A DNA stretch of 61,091 nucleotides from an uncultured Synergistaceae bacterium. Its GTDB lineage: Bacteria > Synergistota > Synergistia > Synergistales > Aminobacteriaceae. The notes beneath the pieces were generated by a model. The model was given only the letters and a program-made list of their open reading frames with translations. It had not been told where the DNA came from and did no database searches. Both the position numbers and the translations under genes were made by a program. Every line of letters starts with the position of its first letter. Position 1 is the stretch's first letter. Positions 36,022 through 45,707 of the stretch are shown in pieces. Where the stretch lies: the NCBI GenBank assembly GCA_937870605.1, contig CALMZW010000071.1, positions 1-61,091 on the forward strand. Reading direction: 5' to 3'.

Positions 36022-37242
36022 TCAGATCGCCTTGAGGGCTATTTCGTCGATGGCCTGAACCAGCCTGTTGACGCCTTCCTCGATCTGTGCGGGCGACGAG
36101 AACGTGAAGTTGATGCGCGCGTTGTGGACGCCGGTTCCCGGCCGCACGCAGAACGGTTCGCCGATGACGAAGGCGACCTTCTTCTCGATGGCCTTTTTGA
36201 ACAGCTCTGTCGTGTTGATCTTTCCAAAGTCAAGCCAGTAGAAGAAACCGCCGTCCGGCTTGACCCACGAGATCCCGCGGCTGGAAAGATGTTTCTTGAA
36301 GCTGTCTTCCATCGCGTCGCGCTTGACGCGGTAGTTGTCGATAATGTTCGGAAGATGCGCGTCGAGATAGCCCTTGATGCAGTACTCCGCGACGAGCGCC
36401 TGCGTGAGGGGGCTGCTGCACAGATCGGTGGCCTGCTTGAAGACGGTCATCTTGCGGATGATTTCCTCCGTGCCCGTGACCCAGCCGACGCGGACGCCGG
36501 GGGAGAGGATCTTCGAGAACGACCCCGCATAGACGACGCCGCCCTTCGGATCGAGCGAGAAGATGGACGGCAGGTGTTCTCCGTCATAGCGGACATAGCC
36601 GTACGGGTCGTCCTCGAAAATCGGAATGTCGTACTGATGCGAGATCGAGACGAGCTTTTTGCGTCGTTCGAGGGTCATCGTCGCGCCGCCGGGGTTCTGG
36701 AAGTTCACGATCGTGTAGATGAACTTGGCCTTTTTCCCCTGCTTCTTGAGCTTTTCGATCTCTTCCGGGATCTTGTCGACCATCATGCCGTCCTTGTCCA
36801 TCGGAATGCCGACGAACGTCGCGCCGTGGTTGAAGAAGACGGTGAGCGCCGCGAGGTAGGAGGGGTCTTCGGTGATCACGACATCCCCCGGATCGATCAT
36901 CGACCAGGCGAACAGGTCGAGAACCTGCTGCGATCCGGTCGTGATGAGCATCTCGGGGGACGAAACGACGCGGCCCATCCGGGGCGCGGTCCACTTCGCG
37001 AGAAACTCCTTGAGCGGGGGGTACCCCTCGGTGATCCCGTACTGGAGGAGATTGGCCCCGTCATCCTTCAGAAGGTGCGCCCCCTCGTAGAACCTGTCGA
37101 CGGGGAAGACTTCGGGCGCAGGCATCCCTCCCGCAAAGGAGATCATCCCCGGCTGCTTGATGACGGCGAGCATTTCCCTGATCGGCGACGGCCGGTTATT
37201 GTTGGCGATATAGCTGAAATTCCCTTCCCAGACGCGAGACAT
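36022..37242 (-). CDS. PLP-dependent aminotransferase, paralog B
   Basis: Same motif set as paralog A: PSPIREML, ISFAGGMPAP, FQNPGGATM, FEDDPYGYVRY, GSFSKILSPGVRVGW. ATG 37242 follows GGGAGGG. Confidence 0.85.
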   Translation of the reverse strand: MSRVWEGNFSYIANNNRPSPIREMLAVIKQPGMISFAGGMPAPEVFPVDRFYEGAHLLKDDGANLLQYGITEGYPPLKEFLAKWTAPRMGRVVSSPEMLITTGSQQVLDLFAWSMIDPGDVVITEDPSYLAALTVFFNHGATFVGIPMDKDGMMVDKIPEEIEKLKKQGKKAKFIYTIVNFQNPGGATMTLERRKKLVSISHQYDIPIFEDDPYGYVRYDGEHLPSIFSLDPKGGVVYAGSFSKILSPGVRVGWVTGTEEIIRKMTVFKQATDLCSSPLTQALVAEYCIKGYLDAHLPNIIDNYRVKRDAMEDSFKKHLSSRGISWVKPDGGFFYWLDFGKINTTELFKKAIEKKVAFVIGEPFCVRPGTGVHNARINFTFSSPAQIEEGVNRLVQAIDEIALKAI

Positions 37243-37335
37243 GCAAATCCCTCCCATAATGTGTTCGGCATGGTTTCCCTGCCGGGTTTCCGAACCTATC
37301 GGGTATAGACGGAAAAAGAGTGTCAGTTCGATACA

Positions 37336-37346
37336 ATTATATCATT
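37336..37346 (-). promoter_or_regulatory. extended -10 promoter element (TGATATAAT on the reverse strand)
   Basis: The reverse strand reads AAAATGATATAATTG in an AT-rich spacer about 95 nt upstream of ATG 37242. There is no good -35. Confidence 0.4.
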
Positions 37347-37402
37347 TTTATGGGATATGCGACTTGTGTCGAGATGGATACTGTATTCTTGCAAAGCGTT
37401 GG

Positions 37403-38035
37403 TTATCGCTTCCGGTCTCGTTCCACCGCGCTCGTGAACTCACGCAGATGCACAAGACGCCGTTCCGTCGGCGGATGGGAGTTGAACCCGTTCGGACTCG
37501 TCGAAATACCGGCGTTCTTCATGCGTTCCATCGCCCGGAACAGGCCCCACGGCGAGTATCCCGCAGCCGCGGACAGGCGCACCCCGTAATCGTCCGCGGC
37601 GACTTCCTGTTCCCGGCTGAAACCGGATTCCGCCAGGCCGATGCCGACCCCGGCGACGGTCTCTCCGACGCGGTCCCCCTTGAGCAGCGTGGCCAGCAAC
37701 GTCCATGCGATGCTGCGGCCGACGGTGCTTTTGTAGTGTCCGAGCCGGATGTGTCCCGCCTCGTGCGCGAGGATGCCCGCCATCTCGTCCTCCGACCGCA
37801 ACAGATTCATGAGCCCTTTCGTGACGTGAAGCTCCTGCTTGTCCGGGCCGAACGCGATCCATGCGTTGGGCTCCTTCTTGTCCTCGAAGTGTACGGGCGA
37901 TGGCGGAAGCTCCGCCGCCGCCGAGATACGCTCCCATGTTTTCGTCACAGCCCGCTCCGACACCGCCGCGAGGGCCTGAGCGGGAATCGCCAGACAGATC
38001 GCGGCCATCAGAATCGATATTGCGCGACGTATCAT
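37403..38035 (-). CDS. M48-family zinc metallopeptidase, exported
   Basis: Signal peptide MIRRAISILMAAICLAIPAQALA, a HEAGH zinc motif and a downstream EQEVAADDYG block. Confidence 0.8.
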   Translation of the reverse strand: MIRRAISILMAAICLAIPAQALAAVSERAVTKTWERISAAAELPPSPVHFEDKKEPNAWIAFGPDKQELHVTKGLMNLLRSEDEMAGILAHEAGHIRLGHYKSTVGRSIAWTLLATLLKGDRVGETVAGVGIGLAESGFSREQEVAADDYGVRLSAAAGYSPWGLFRAMERMKNAGISTSPNGFNSHPPTERRLVHLREFTSAVERDRKR

Positions 38036-38182
38036 CTCATTCGCCTCCTTCCGGTTCTGTTAAAATCTTACCATGCGCCGAAAAAAGCATGCATGACTCC
38101 GACGCTCCGCCATTTCGCGGATTTCGGATCGTTTCATAGTGCGTGCGCTTCTCGGCGACAGATGCGAAAGGAGTCGTCGCGC

Positions 38183-39238
38183 ATGCCCCGAAAATTCGTT
38201 TCCCCTCTTGCGGTCGGAATCGCCGTTGCGTTCTGCTATCCGCTGATGTTCTATTTCGCCGAATGGTACGGCCTCGTTGGAGGATGTACGGGCGTGACGA
38301 CCCGTCCGGAGGTCTCGGGATTCATGATCGGCTCGCTCCTGATGGCCGTTTCGAGGAAGGAATTCCGGTCGCAGCCTGCGTTTCTCGTCGGGCCGCTGTT
38401 GTTGGGCTTCGCGACCGGCTTCGCGTTGCCCGAATTTTTCGGTTGTCCCTGGTGCGTCTTTCTTCAGCTCGGGTACGGACACGCCGGTCGAGCGTTCGAG
38501 GCCGCGGCGTTCGTTTTCGGCGGATGGCTCGGCGTCCGGATGCTCATGAAGGGCTTTTCGGTCCAGACCGGCGCGCGTGTCGCCGTCCCGGACGCGTGGG
38601 CGAAACGACTCGTCGTTGCGACGGCGGTCGCGTCCGCGTGCTATATGGCGTGGTCGCTGGACCTGAACTATCCGCGCCAGTTCCTCGCCGTGGGGATCGT
38701 CATCCTTGTCGGCGCCGCGCTCGGAGCGGCGATGCAGGCGGTGCGGTTCTGCGTCGTCGAGGGGCTCCGGAACGCGCTGTGGTTTCGGATGCCGTCGGGG
38801 TTCATCCCGGTCGTCTCCATGATCGGCGGGTCGCTGCTCTACGCGCTGCTGTCGGGAACATTCACGCCCGATTTTCTGCCCGCCGACCCGATCAAGGGGC
38901 TCTGGCCGACGCTCGTCAAGTCCGTCTCGACGGCGCTCGCTTCGTTCGCGTTCATGCTTTCGGGCGGATGCACGGTCTGGCATGCGGTCAACGCCGGGAA
39001 CGGCGCGCTTTCCGGTCTCGTCTTTCTCGGCGGGATGCTGCTTTCGAGCCTCGTCCACAAGCTCGCGGCCCTTGCGTCGCTCGAGAATGCGTTCGCGGGA
39101 CTGCTCTTTTCCGATGCGCCGAAGGTGACGCACGCCATGCGGACGCTCTCGTCGTCCGTCCTGTCCCTTCTGATCGCGGCCGCGGTCGTTCTCGCGGCGC
39201 TCCTGATCTTCCGGGCGACCATCCAGAAGGAAGAGTGA
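38183..39238 (+). CDS. YeeE/YedE-family (sulfur/thiosulfate transporter-like) membrane protein
   Basis: In-frame part of track ORF 37241..39238. ATG 38183 lies 9 nt after AAAGGAG. It is a polytopic protein of about 351 aa. Three Cys motifs (VGGCTG, FGCPWC, SGGCTV) lie near the N-terminus, around residue 95 and around residue 290. Confidence 0.7.
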   Translation: MPRKFVSPLAVGIAVAFCYPLMFYFAEWYGLVGGCTGVTTRPEVSGFMIGSLLMAVSRKEFRSQPAFLVGPLLLGFATGFALPEFFGCPWCVFLQLGYGHAGRAFEAAAFVFGGWLGVRMLMKGFSVQTGARVAVPDAWAKRLVVATAVASACYMAWSLDLNYPRQFLAVGIVILVGAALGAAMQAVRFCVVEGLRNALWFRMPSGFIPVVSMIGGSLLYALLSGTFTPDFLPADPIKGLWPTLVKSVSTALASFAFMLSGGCTVWHAVNAGNGALSGLVFLGGMLLSSLVHKLAALASLENAFAGLLFSDAPKVTHAMRTLSSSVLSLLIAAAVVLAALLIFRATIQKEE

Positions 39239-40533
39239 CCGGTTCCGTGGGGCGCGTCAAGGTGGGAAACCTGAAAGCGGGCATGGTCCTCGCATCGGAT
39301 CTGAAGGCCCCGAACGGGCGCTTCATTCTGGCGAAGGGCGCGGCGCTGTCGGACAAGCATACCCGGATGATGAAGGTCTGGGGCGTCGTCGAAGCCGATA
39401 TCGAGGGAACCGACGACGCGGAAGTCCAGGAAAAGACCCGTATCGACGAGGATACGGCGCGCAAGGGTGAGGGGATCGCCTCCCTGCTTCTTCCGCCGGG
39501 CGACGACGACCACGGATGCCTCGCGGAACTGCGTCGACTGTGCGGCCTCCGGTTCACGGAGCGGATCGCCGCAGGTGCTTCCGGTTCCTTCCCGGAGCTT
39601 GAAGAGCTGCATCGTCCCCGTGCGGACATCCTGCGGGCGGGCCCGGATGTCGATATCCCCGAAGAGGGGGTGTCTCCGGAGTTTCTCCTGCGGCAGGACG
39701 TCCGCCTCGCTTCGTTCCCGGATATCTACTTCAAGATCCGGGAGGTGCTCAACTCGCCCATCAGCTCCGCCACGCACATCGCGCAGGTCGTCGGCAAGGA
39801 CCCGAGCCTGACGGTCCGGCTGCTCCGGCTCGTGAACAGCTCGTTCTACGGCTTTCCGGCCCCCATCACGTCGATCCCGCGCGCCGTGGCGATCATCGGC
39901 ACGAACGAACTCACATCGCTCGCGCTCGCGGTCTCGACGATCAGCGTCTTCAAACACGTTCCGCCGCACATGGTGGATATGAAATCCTTCTGGAAGCATT
40001 CCATCTCGTGCGGCGTCTTTTCGCGCCTTCTCGCCTTTTCCCGGAGACACCCGTCCGAGGAACGTTTTTTCCTGGCCGGACTGCTGCATGACCTGGGCCG
40101 GATCATCCTGCTGACGCGCCTTCCCCGGATGATGACCTCCCTGATGGAGCACGCGAAACGCGCGAGGCGTCCGCTCGTCGAGTCGGAGCGCGCCTTTCTG
40201 GGGTACGATCACGCGATGCTGGGCAACCGCCTTCTGGAGCAGTGGAACATTCCCGAACCCATCCGGGACCTCGTGAAGCGCCATCACGCCGTGCCCGGCG
40301 CGGAAGGGAACGATCCGGCCGGCGAGACGGCCTCGGGAGACGCCGTTCTCGTGCATCTCGGAGACGTGATCGCCAACGCCCTGCGGGTCGGGACGAGCGG
40401 TTCGTTCTTCGTTCCCGTGCCGGAAAGCAGGGCGTGGGATCTCGCGGAGCTCACTCCTCCGGCGCTGGAATCCATCGTCAAACAGGGAGAGCGGCAGGTC
40501 CGGGAGATCATGAACGTCTTTCTGGTCTTTTGA
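39235..40533 (+). CDS. HDOD-domain signalling protein
   Basis: In-frame part of track ORF 38143..40533. GTG 39235 overlaps the upstream TGA (GTGA); GTG 39247 is an alternative. HDOD signature FPDIYFKIREVLNSPISSATHIAQVVGKDPSLTVRLLRLVNSSFYGF...AVAIIG, then LLHDLGR. Confidence 0.8.
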   Translation: MTGSVGRVKVGNLKAGMVLASDLKAPNGRFILAKGAALSDKHTRMMKVWGVVEADIEGTDDAEVQEKTRIDEDTARKGEGIASLLLPPGDDDHGCLAELRRLCGLRFTERIAAGASGSFPELEELHRPRADILRAGPDVDIPEEGVSPEFLLRQDVRLASFPDIYFKIREVLNSPISSATHIAQVVGKDPSLTVRLLRLVNSSFYGFPAPITSIPRAVAIIGTNELTSLALAVSTISVFKHVPPHMVDMKSFWKHSISCGVFSRLLAFSRRHPSEERFFLAGLLHDLGRIILLTRLPRMMTSLMEHAKRARRPLVESERAFLGYDHAMLGNRLLEQWNIPEPIRDLVKRHHAVPGAEGNDPAGETASGDAVLVHLGDVIANALRVGTSGSFFVPVPESRAWDLAELTPPALESIVKQGERQVREIMNVFLVF

Positions 40534-40542
40534 GCGGCGCGC

Positions 40543-42693
40543 ATGGCGGACGAAAACGGAGATCTGCAGACCCTTCGTGACAGAATCACGGTGCTGGAAG
40601 AAGAACGCCGCTCCGTGGCGCAGATTCTTGAGGCGGCGCTCTCTTCCGTCACGTTCAGCGTCGCCGTGGACGACTCGTTCACCGAAGAAGATCTGCTTCG
40701 GCAAGCCGCGCAGCGCCTGCGGTCCTTCGTGCGTTTCCGGACGACCGCGTTTTACCTCGTGAGCGGTGACGGGCTGGATTTCGACTGCCGCTATTGCGGT
40801 CCGAACGACGCGCTCCCCTGGGTGGAACATGAAAAGGACATCCTAATCGAGGATGGAACGGTCGCGTGGTGCATTGACCGGAACCGTTCCGTCACGGTTA
40901 CGGCGTCGGACGGCGCGACGCCGATCCTGCTTCATGCGATCATAAGCCAGAACCGGAGCATGGGACTCTTTCTCGGAGTGCCGGACGAGGACGAACGCGA
41001 GATTCTCGACGTCTCCTTCGCCTTCCTGACCGTCATTCTCGAGGCGACGGCAGGACTGTTGCAGAATGCCGAACTGTACCGCACCATCAGCCGCCTGAAC
41101 GACGAACTCGAAGGAAAGGTCCTGCGACTCGAAGAATCCGAGCGGGCGCTCGAAGACGCCAATCGTTCCAAGGACAGCTTCCTCGCGAATATCAGCCACG
41201 AAATCCGCACGCCGATGAACGGGATCATCGGCATGGGAACGCTGCTCTCCCAGACCCGTCTCGACGAGAACCAGACCGAAATGACGCGCACGATCCTCTC
41301 CGAATCCGAACATATGATGCGGTTGCTCAACGACCTGCTCGACATCTCGAAGATCGAAGCCGGACGGCTTGACTTCGAGCAGATCCCCTTCGATCTCCGC
41401 GAGCTTCTCCGAAACCTGCGCTCGACGTACGGCCGCATGGCGGAAAGCAAGGGGCTCGCATTCGTCATGGAAACCGACCCGCTGCTTCCCGGGGCGCTCG
41501 TCGGGGACGCGGGGCGGGTGCGCCAGGTCTTCGCCAATCTGCTCGGAAACGCGGTCAAGTTTACGCGACAGGGCTCCGTGAGCGTTCGCGTCTCGTTATT
41601 GTCGCGAACGGCCGATCGCTGCCGGATCCTGGCCCGAATCGAGGATACCGGGATCGGCATCCCCCCCGAAACGATCGAGCGGCTCTTCCAGCCCTTCACG
41701 CAGGCCGACGCCTCGACGTCCCGCCTCTATGGCGGAAGCGGGCTCGGACTGGCGATCTCCCGTCGCCTCGTCGGAATGATGGGCGGCCGGATCGAGGTTG
41801 AGAGCGATCCCGGCGAAGGATCGACGTTCCGGTTCACGCTCGATCTCCCGGTGTCGGCAACGGAGCCGGGAGAAAACAGCCGCGGAGGCGGCGACGCGGA
41901 CGCTTCGCGGGGGGGAATAGCCGGACTGCGCGTCCTGGTCGCAGAGGACAACGCGACGAATCGCCGGATTGTCGCCATGCTGCTCGAAAAGCTCGGGGTC
42001 ACGGCGGATATGGCCGAAAGCGGACAGGAAACATTGGACTGGCTTGCGCGAGAACGGTATGATATGGTGCTGATGGATGTTCAGATGCCGGGAATGGACG
42101 GACTCGAGACGACTCGCCGCATCCGTGCGGGAGAGGCCTCCGGTGTGCGGATTCCCATCGTCGCGATGACGGCGAACGCGATGAAGGGGGACCGGGAGGC
42201 GTGTCTGGCGGCCGGAATGGACGGATATCTGTCGAAACCGATCTCCCCGGCGGAACTGGAACGGATCATGGCGTTCGCCGCGCAGGGAGTTCCGGATGCC
42301 GCCGCGGCTCCGGAGGACGACCACGAAAAAACGATCGCCCGGACGGATGTTTTCGATCGGGCATCTTTGCTGGAGAGGGTTGTATGGGACGAAGAACTCT
42401 GTTCTCGGGTCGTGGAGACCTTTTTAGACGATGGAAAGAATCTCGTCTCCCAGTTTGTCGATGCGGCGGAACGAGGGGATTCGGTCAATGCGAGGATCGC
42501 GGCGCACACCCTCAGGGGAGCGGCGTCGAACGTCGCGGCCGGAACACTGGCTTCCCTGGCGTCCCGCGCGGAAGAAACGGCTTCGGAGGGAGACACGGAC
42601 CGGCTGCGCGGCTTTTCGGCCCGGTTGAAGGACGAATGGCGGCGCTTTACGGATCTGGCTTTGTTTCGAAAAGAGGACGACGAAAAGGACTGA
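40543..42693 (+). CDS. soluble hybrid sensor histidine kinase (GAF-like N-terminus, HisKA, HATPase, REC, HPt)
   Basis: H-box FLANISHEIRTPMNG, N-box LLGNAVKFT, G-boxes EDTGIGI and GGSGLGLAISRRLV, receiver LMDVQMPGMDG...K, HPt AHTLRGAASN. I see no membrane-spanning segment. Confidence 0.9.
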   Translation: MADENGDLQTLRDRITVLEEERRSVAQILEAALSSVTFSVAVDDSFTEEDLLRQAAQRLRSFVRFRTTAFYLVSGDGLDFDCRYCGPNDALPWVEHEKDILIEDGTVAWCIDRNRSVTVTASDGATPILLHAIISQNRSMGLFLGVPDEDEREILDVSFAFLTVILEATAGLLQNAELYRTISRLNDELEGKVLRLEESERALEDANRSKDSFLANISHEIRTPMNGIIGMGTLLSQTRLDENQTEMTRTILSESEHMMRLLNDLLDISKIEAGRLDFEQIPFDLRELLRNLRSTYGRMAESKGLAFVMETDPLLPGALVGDAGRVRQVFANLLGNAVKFTRQGSVSVRVSLLSRTADRCRILARIEDTGIGIPPETIERLFQPFTQADASTSRLYGGSGLGLAISRRLVGMMGGRIEVESDPGEGSTFRFTLDLPVSATEPGENSRGGGDADASRGGIAGLRVLVAEDNATNRRIVAMLLEKLGVTADMAESGQETLDWLARERYDMVLMDVQMPGMDGLETTRRIRAGEASGVRIPIVAMTANAMKGDREACLAAGMDGYLSKPISPAELERIMAFAAQGVPDAAAAPEDDHEKTIARTDVFDRASLLERVVWDEELCSRVVETFLDDGKNLVSQFVDAAERGDSVNARIAAHTLRGAASNVAAGTLASLASRAEETASEGDTDRLRGFSARLKDEWRRFTDLALFRKEDDEKD

Positions 42694-42698
42694 ACGGA

Positions 42699-43583
42699 AT
42701 GCGGATACTGATCGCCGAGGATGACGCCACCTCGCGTCTCCTTCTGGAATCGCTGCTTCGGAAATGGGGCTACGACGTCGTGGTCGCGCGGGACGGAGAG
42801 GAAGCGTGGCGCATCCTGTCGGCCGAGAATTCGCCGCTGATTGCGCTCATCGACTGGGTCATGCCGGGACTTGAAGGCCCCGAACTGTGCCGGCGGCTCC
42901 GCGCGCACGTCCCGAACGGCAGCTCCTACCGCTATGTCATCCTCGTGACCGTTCGGGACGAGAAAGTACATATCGTCAAGGGGCTCGAGTCCGGCGCGGA
43001 CGACTACATCACGAAGCCGTTCGATCCCCACGAACTGCGGGTGCGCATCACCGCAGGGCAGCGCGTCGTGGAGCTTCAGGAAGAACTTCGTCACATGGCC
43101 CTGTACGACTCGCTGACGAAGCTCAGGAACCGGCGGGCGATCGTTGACCGCCTCGAAGAGGAGCTCTCCCGATCACGTCGGGAGGGGAAGCGGCTTTGCA
43201 TCGGACTTCTCGACCTGGACTTCTTCAAGAACGTGAACGACACGCTCGGACACCTGGTCGGGGATGAAGTGCTTCAGGAGACGGCGCGCCGCATCCGTTC
43301 GTCCCTCCGGAACTACGACATCGCCGGACGGTATGGGGGCGAGGAGTTTCTCCTCATCCTGCCCGGAGCGACGCGCGACGACGCGCTGCGGACGCTCGAA
43401 CGGGTCCGAATCGCGGTGGGGGGAACTCCGATGGCGACACAGGACGGAAGCGCCGTCACCGTGACGGCGAGCATCGGTTTGGCCTGCGACGACGGGGAGT
43501 CGAAACCGGACGTCCTTGTCCGCCGCGTCGATGCAGCGCTCTACAGGGCCAAAAACGACGGCCGGAACAGGGTGAACGAATGA
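42699..43583 (+). CDS. response regulator-diguanylate cyclase (REC-GGDEF)
   Basis: In-frame part of track ORF 42201..43583. MRILIAEDD..., phospho-Asp context LIDWVMPGLEG, active-site GGEEF, and I-site RNYD five residues upstream. Confidence 0.9.
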   Translation: MRILIAEDDATSRLLLESLLRKWGYDVVVARDGEEAWRILSAENSPLIALIDWVMPGLEGPELCRRLRAHVPNGSSYRYVILVTVRDEKVHIVKGLESGADDYITKPFDPHELRVRITAGQRVVELQEELRHMALYDSLTKLRNRRAIVDRLEEELSRSRREGKRLCIGLLDLDFFKNVNDTLGHLVGDEVLQETARRIRSSLRNYDIAGRYGGEEFLLILPGATRDDALRTLERVRIAVGGTPMATQDGSAVTVTASIGLACDDGESKPDVLVRRVDAALYRAKNDGRNRVNE

Positions 43584-45685
43584 AGCCGCTTGTCCGCGCG
43601 CTGGTTTCGGTCGTTTTCCTTGCGTCCCTTGCAGCTCCGCTCGACGCCGCGGATTTCGAGCGGCTTTTCCGGGATCGTCGCTGGGGGGAGCTGGACAAGG
43701 CCTTTGCGGTTTCCTCTCCGGATATGGCGCCGAGGGACCTCTCGCTTGTCGCGAACGCGTTCTGGGTCCGGGGAAACTGGAAGGACGCCGTCGCCTGTAT
43801 GGACCGTGCGAAAAAAGGGATGCCCGCGGAGATCGCCCCGTATGCCGACATGATCCGGATTCTGGGACTCGAGCGTACCGAACGGACGGAAGAAGCACGG
43901 GTGGAAGCGGCGCGACTCCTTGCGTCGAAGCGCCCGAAGGACCTCGAGTACTTCGTGGCCTATGCGATGTACCGGTTGACCGACCCGAAGGACACGGCGT
44001 CGCGGCGGGCGATGCTCCGGAAGATGCACGCATCGGCCGATGGAAAGGCGCAGAAGATGCAGGCGCTCTCCGAACTGATCGCGCTGGGCGACGCCAAAGA
44101 CGCCGCACGGCGCGCCGAAACCGCGAACGCGTGTCTGGAACTGCTTTCGCTCCATCCTACGAACGCGCGGGCGCTCGCGATCCTGTCCGAATCGCCGAAG
44201 CCCTGGCCGCCCGACGTCTCGTTCGTCACGGGATACGCGGCCTATCTCGGGAAAGACTATTCGAAGGCGGCGGCCCTGTTGCGAACGGTTCCGATCGCTT
44301 CAAAGAACGGCCGCATGGCCCGCTACTATCGCGGATTTTCGCTGATGCGGCTCGGACGCGGCGCGGAAGCGCTCGACGTCTTCGGTCCGCTCGCGCTCTC
44401 CGGCAAGGGGTATGCGGATTCCGCCGTCCGCCGGATCGCGCTGCTCTCGAAGGGAACCCTGAAGGAACCCGGCGTCGCCCTTCTTCGCAAGGTCGTCGCA
44501 ACGCGGCGGGGCGACATGGCCGCGCGCGCGATGGAGGCGTTGTCGCGGCTGCTGTCAGGGGCCGAGGCGCGGACCATGGAAGACCGTGTCGTCCGGGAAT
44601 ACCCGGATTCCGAACATGCCGCCGGGATCCTTTGGGAGCGCGGCTGGAAACGATGGGACGCCGGCGCCGTCGCGGACGCCCTGGCGGTCTGGAAGAAACT
44701 GCTCACGCCCGGGGTTGACGGCTCCTGGGCTCCGCGCGTCCTGTACTGGGTCGGGCGCGGATACGAACGGCTCGGAAAGAAAGACCGCGCAACCGTGTAC
44801 TTCAACAGGCTCGGACGCTCCTACCCGCTGTCCATTCACGCATTCCTCGCGTTCCCGAACGGCGTCAAACCCATCGTCGACGGCGCGCCGAAAGGGCTGG
44901 AGAGCGAGCCCGGAGAGCTGGAACGCTGGGGCTTCGTGCTGTACGAAAAACGTCGGCTGCTGGACCGGGGAGGCGCGAAGGATTTCTATCGCGCCGCGTT
45001 GCTCTCGCAGTGGAACGGAGACGGACAGGGAGCGTACTCGGCGGCTGCGCGCATCTCGCGGCTTCTCACCGGCGGGGACGCGATTTACCGCAAGGGGCTG
45101 CAAATGCTCTATCCCCAGGCGTTCGCGGATGTCGTCCGTACGACGGCGTCGCGTTTCCTTGTGGACGAATGCCTGGTATGGGCGATCATGCGGCAGGAGA
45201 GCGCCTATGACCCGCTGGCCCGAAGCTGGGTGGGAGCGACCGGCCTGATGCAGCTCATGCCGGCGACGGCCCGGGGCGAAGCGAAGGCCCTCGGCGTCAA
45301 GATCGAATCGCTCTACGACGTGGAAATGAACATCCTTCTCGGGACCTCGCACATCGCGCGGCTCCTGCGGAACCTCAAACGGGTCGAATGGGCCGCGGCC
45401 GCGTACAATGCGGGCTCGGGAGCGGCGAAGCGCTGGATCGAGGGAAACGAGGCCATGCCGCTGGACCGCTGGATGGAGGAAGTCGGGTATAAGGAAACGA
45501 GCGGATACGTCCGGCGCGTCATGGCGAACCTGCGCGTGTACCGGATGCTGTACGGCGAGAGCAAACGTCCCGCGACGCTGAGCGCGGATCTCGTTCCTCC
45601 CGGGAAGACGTCGGACGATCAACCGGTCGAGGACGAAGGAACGGCAGGAGACGACGACACGCCGATGCTCAACGTTCGCGAGTGA
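43580..45685 (+). CDS. slt: soluble lytic murein transglycosylase (Slt70-like: superhelical repeats plus SLT domain)
   Basis: Signal peptide MKPLVRALVSVVFLASLAAPLDA, a long TPR-like region, then WAIMRQESAYDP (catalytic Glu), GATGLMQLMPATA and AAYNAG. ATGA overlap with the cyclase stop. Confidence 0.85.
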   Translation: MKPLVRALVSVVFLASLAAPLDAADFERLFRDRRWGELDKAFAVSSPDMAPRDLSLVANAFWVRGNWKDAVACMDRAKKGMPAEIAPYADMIRILGLERTERTEEARVEAARLLASKRPKDLEYFVAYAMYRLTDPKDTASRRAMLRKMHASADGKAQKMQALSELIALGDAKDAARRAETANACLELLSLHPTNARALAILSESPKPWPPDVSFVTGYAAYLGKDYSKAAALLRTVPIASKNGRMARYYRGFSLMRLGRGAEALDVFGPLALSGKGYADSAVRRIALLSKGTLKEPGVALLRKVVATRRGDMAARAMEALSRLLSGAEARTMEDRVVREYPDSEHAAGILWERGWKRWDAGAVADALAVWKKLLTPGVDGSWAPRVLYWVGRGYERLGKKDRATVYFNRLGRSYPLSIHAFLAFPNGVKPIVDGAPKGLESEPGELERWGFVLYEKRRLLDRGGAKDFYRAALLSQWNGDGQGAYSAAARISRLLTGGDAIYRKGLQMLYPQAFADVVRTTASRFLVDECLVWAIMRQESAYDPLARSWVGATGLMQLMPATARGEAKALGVKIESLYDVEMNILLGTSHIARLLRNLKRVEWAAAAYNAGSGAAKRWIEGNEAMPLDRWMEEVGYKETSGYVRRVMANLRVYRMLYGESKRPATLSADLVPPGKTSDDQPVEDEGTAGDDDTPMLNVRE

Positions 45686-45707
45686 ATCCGGACGGACGAT
45701 GACGATG

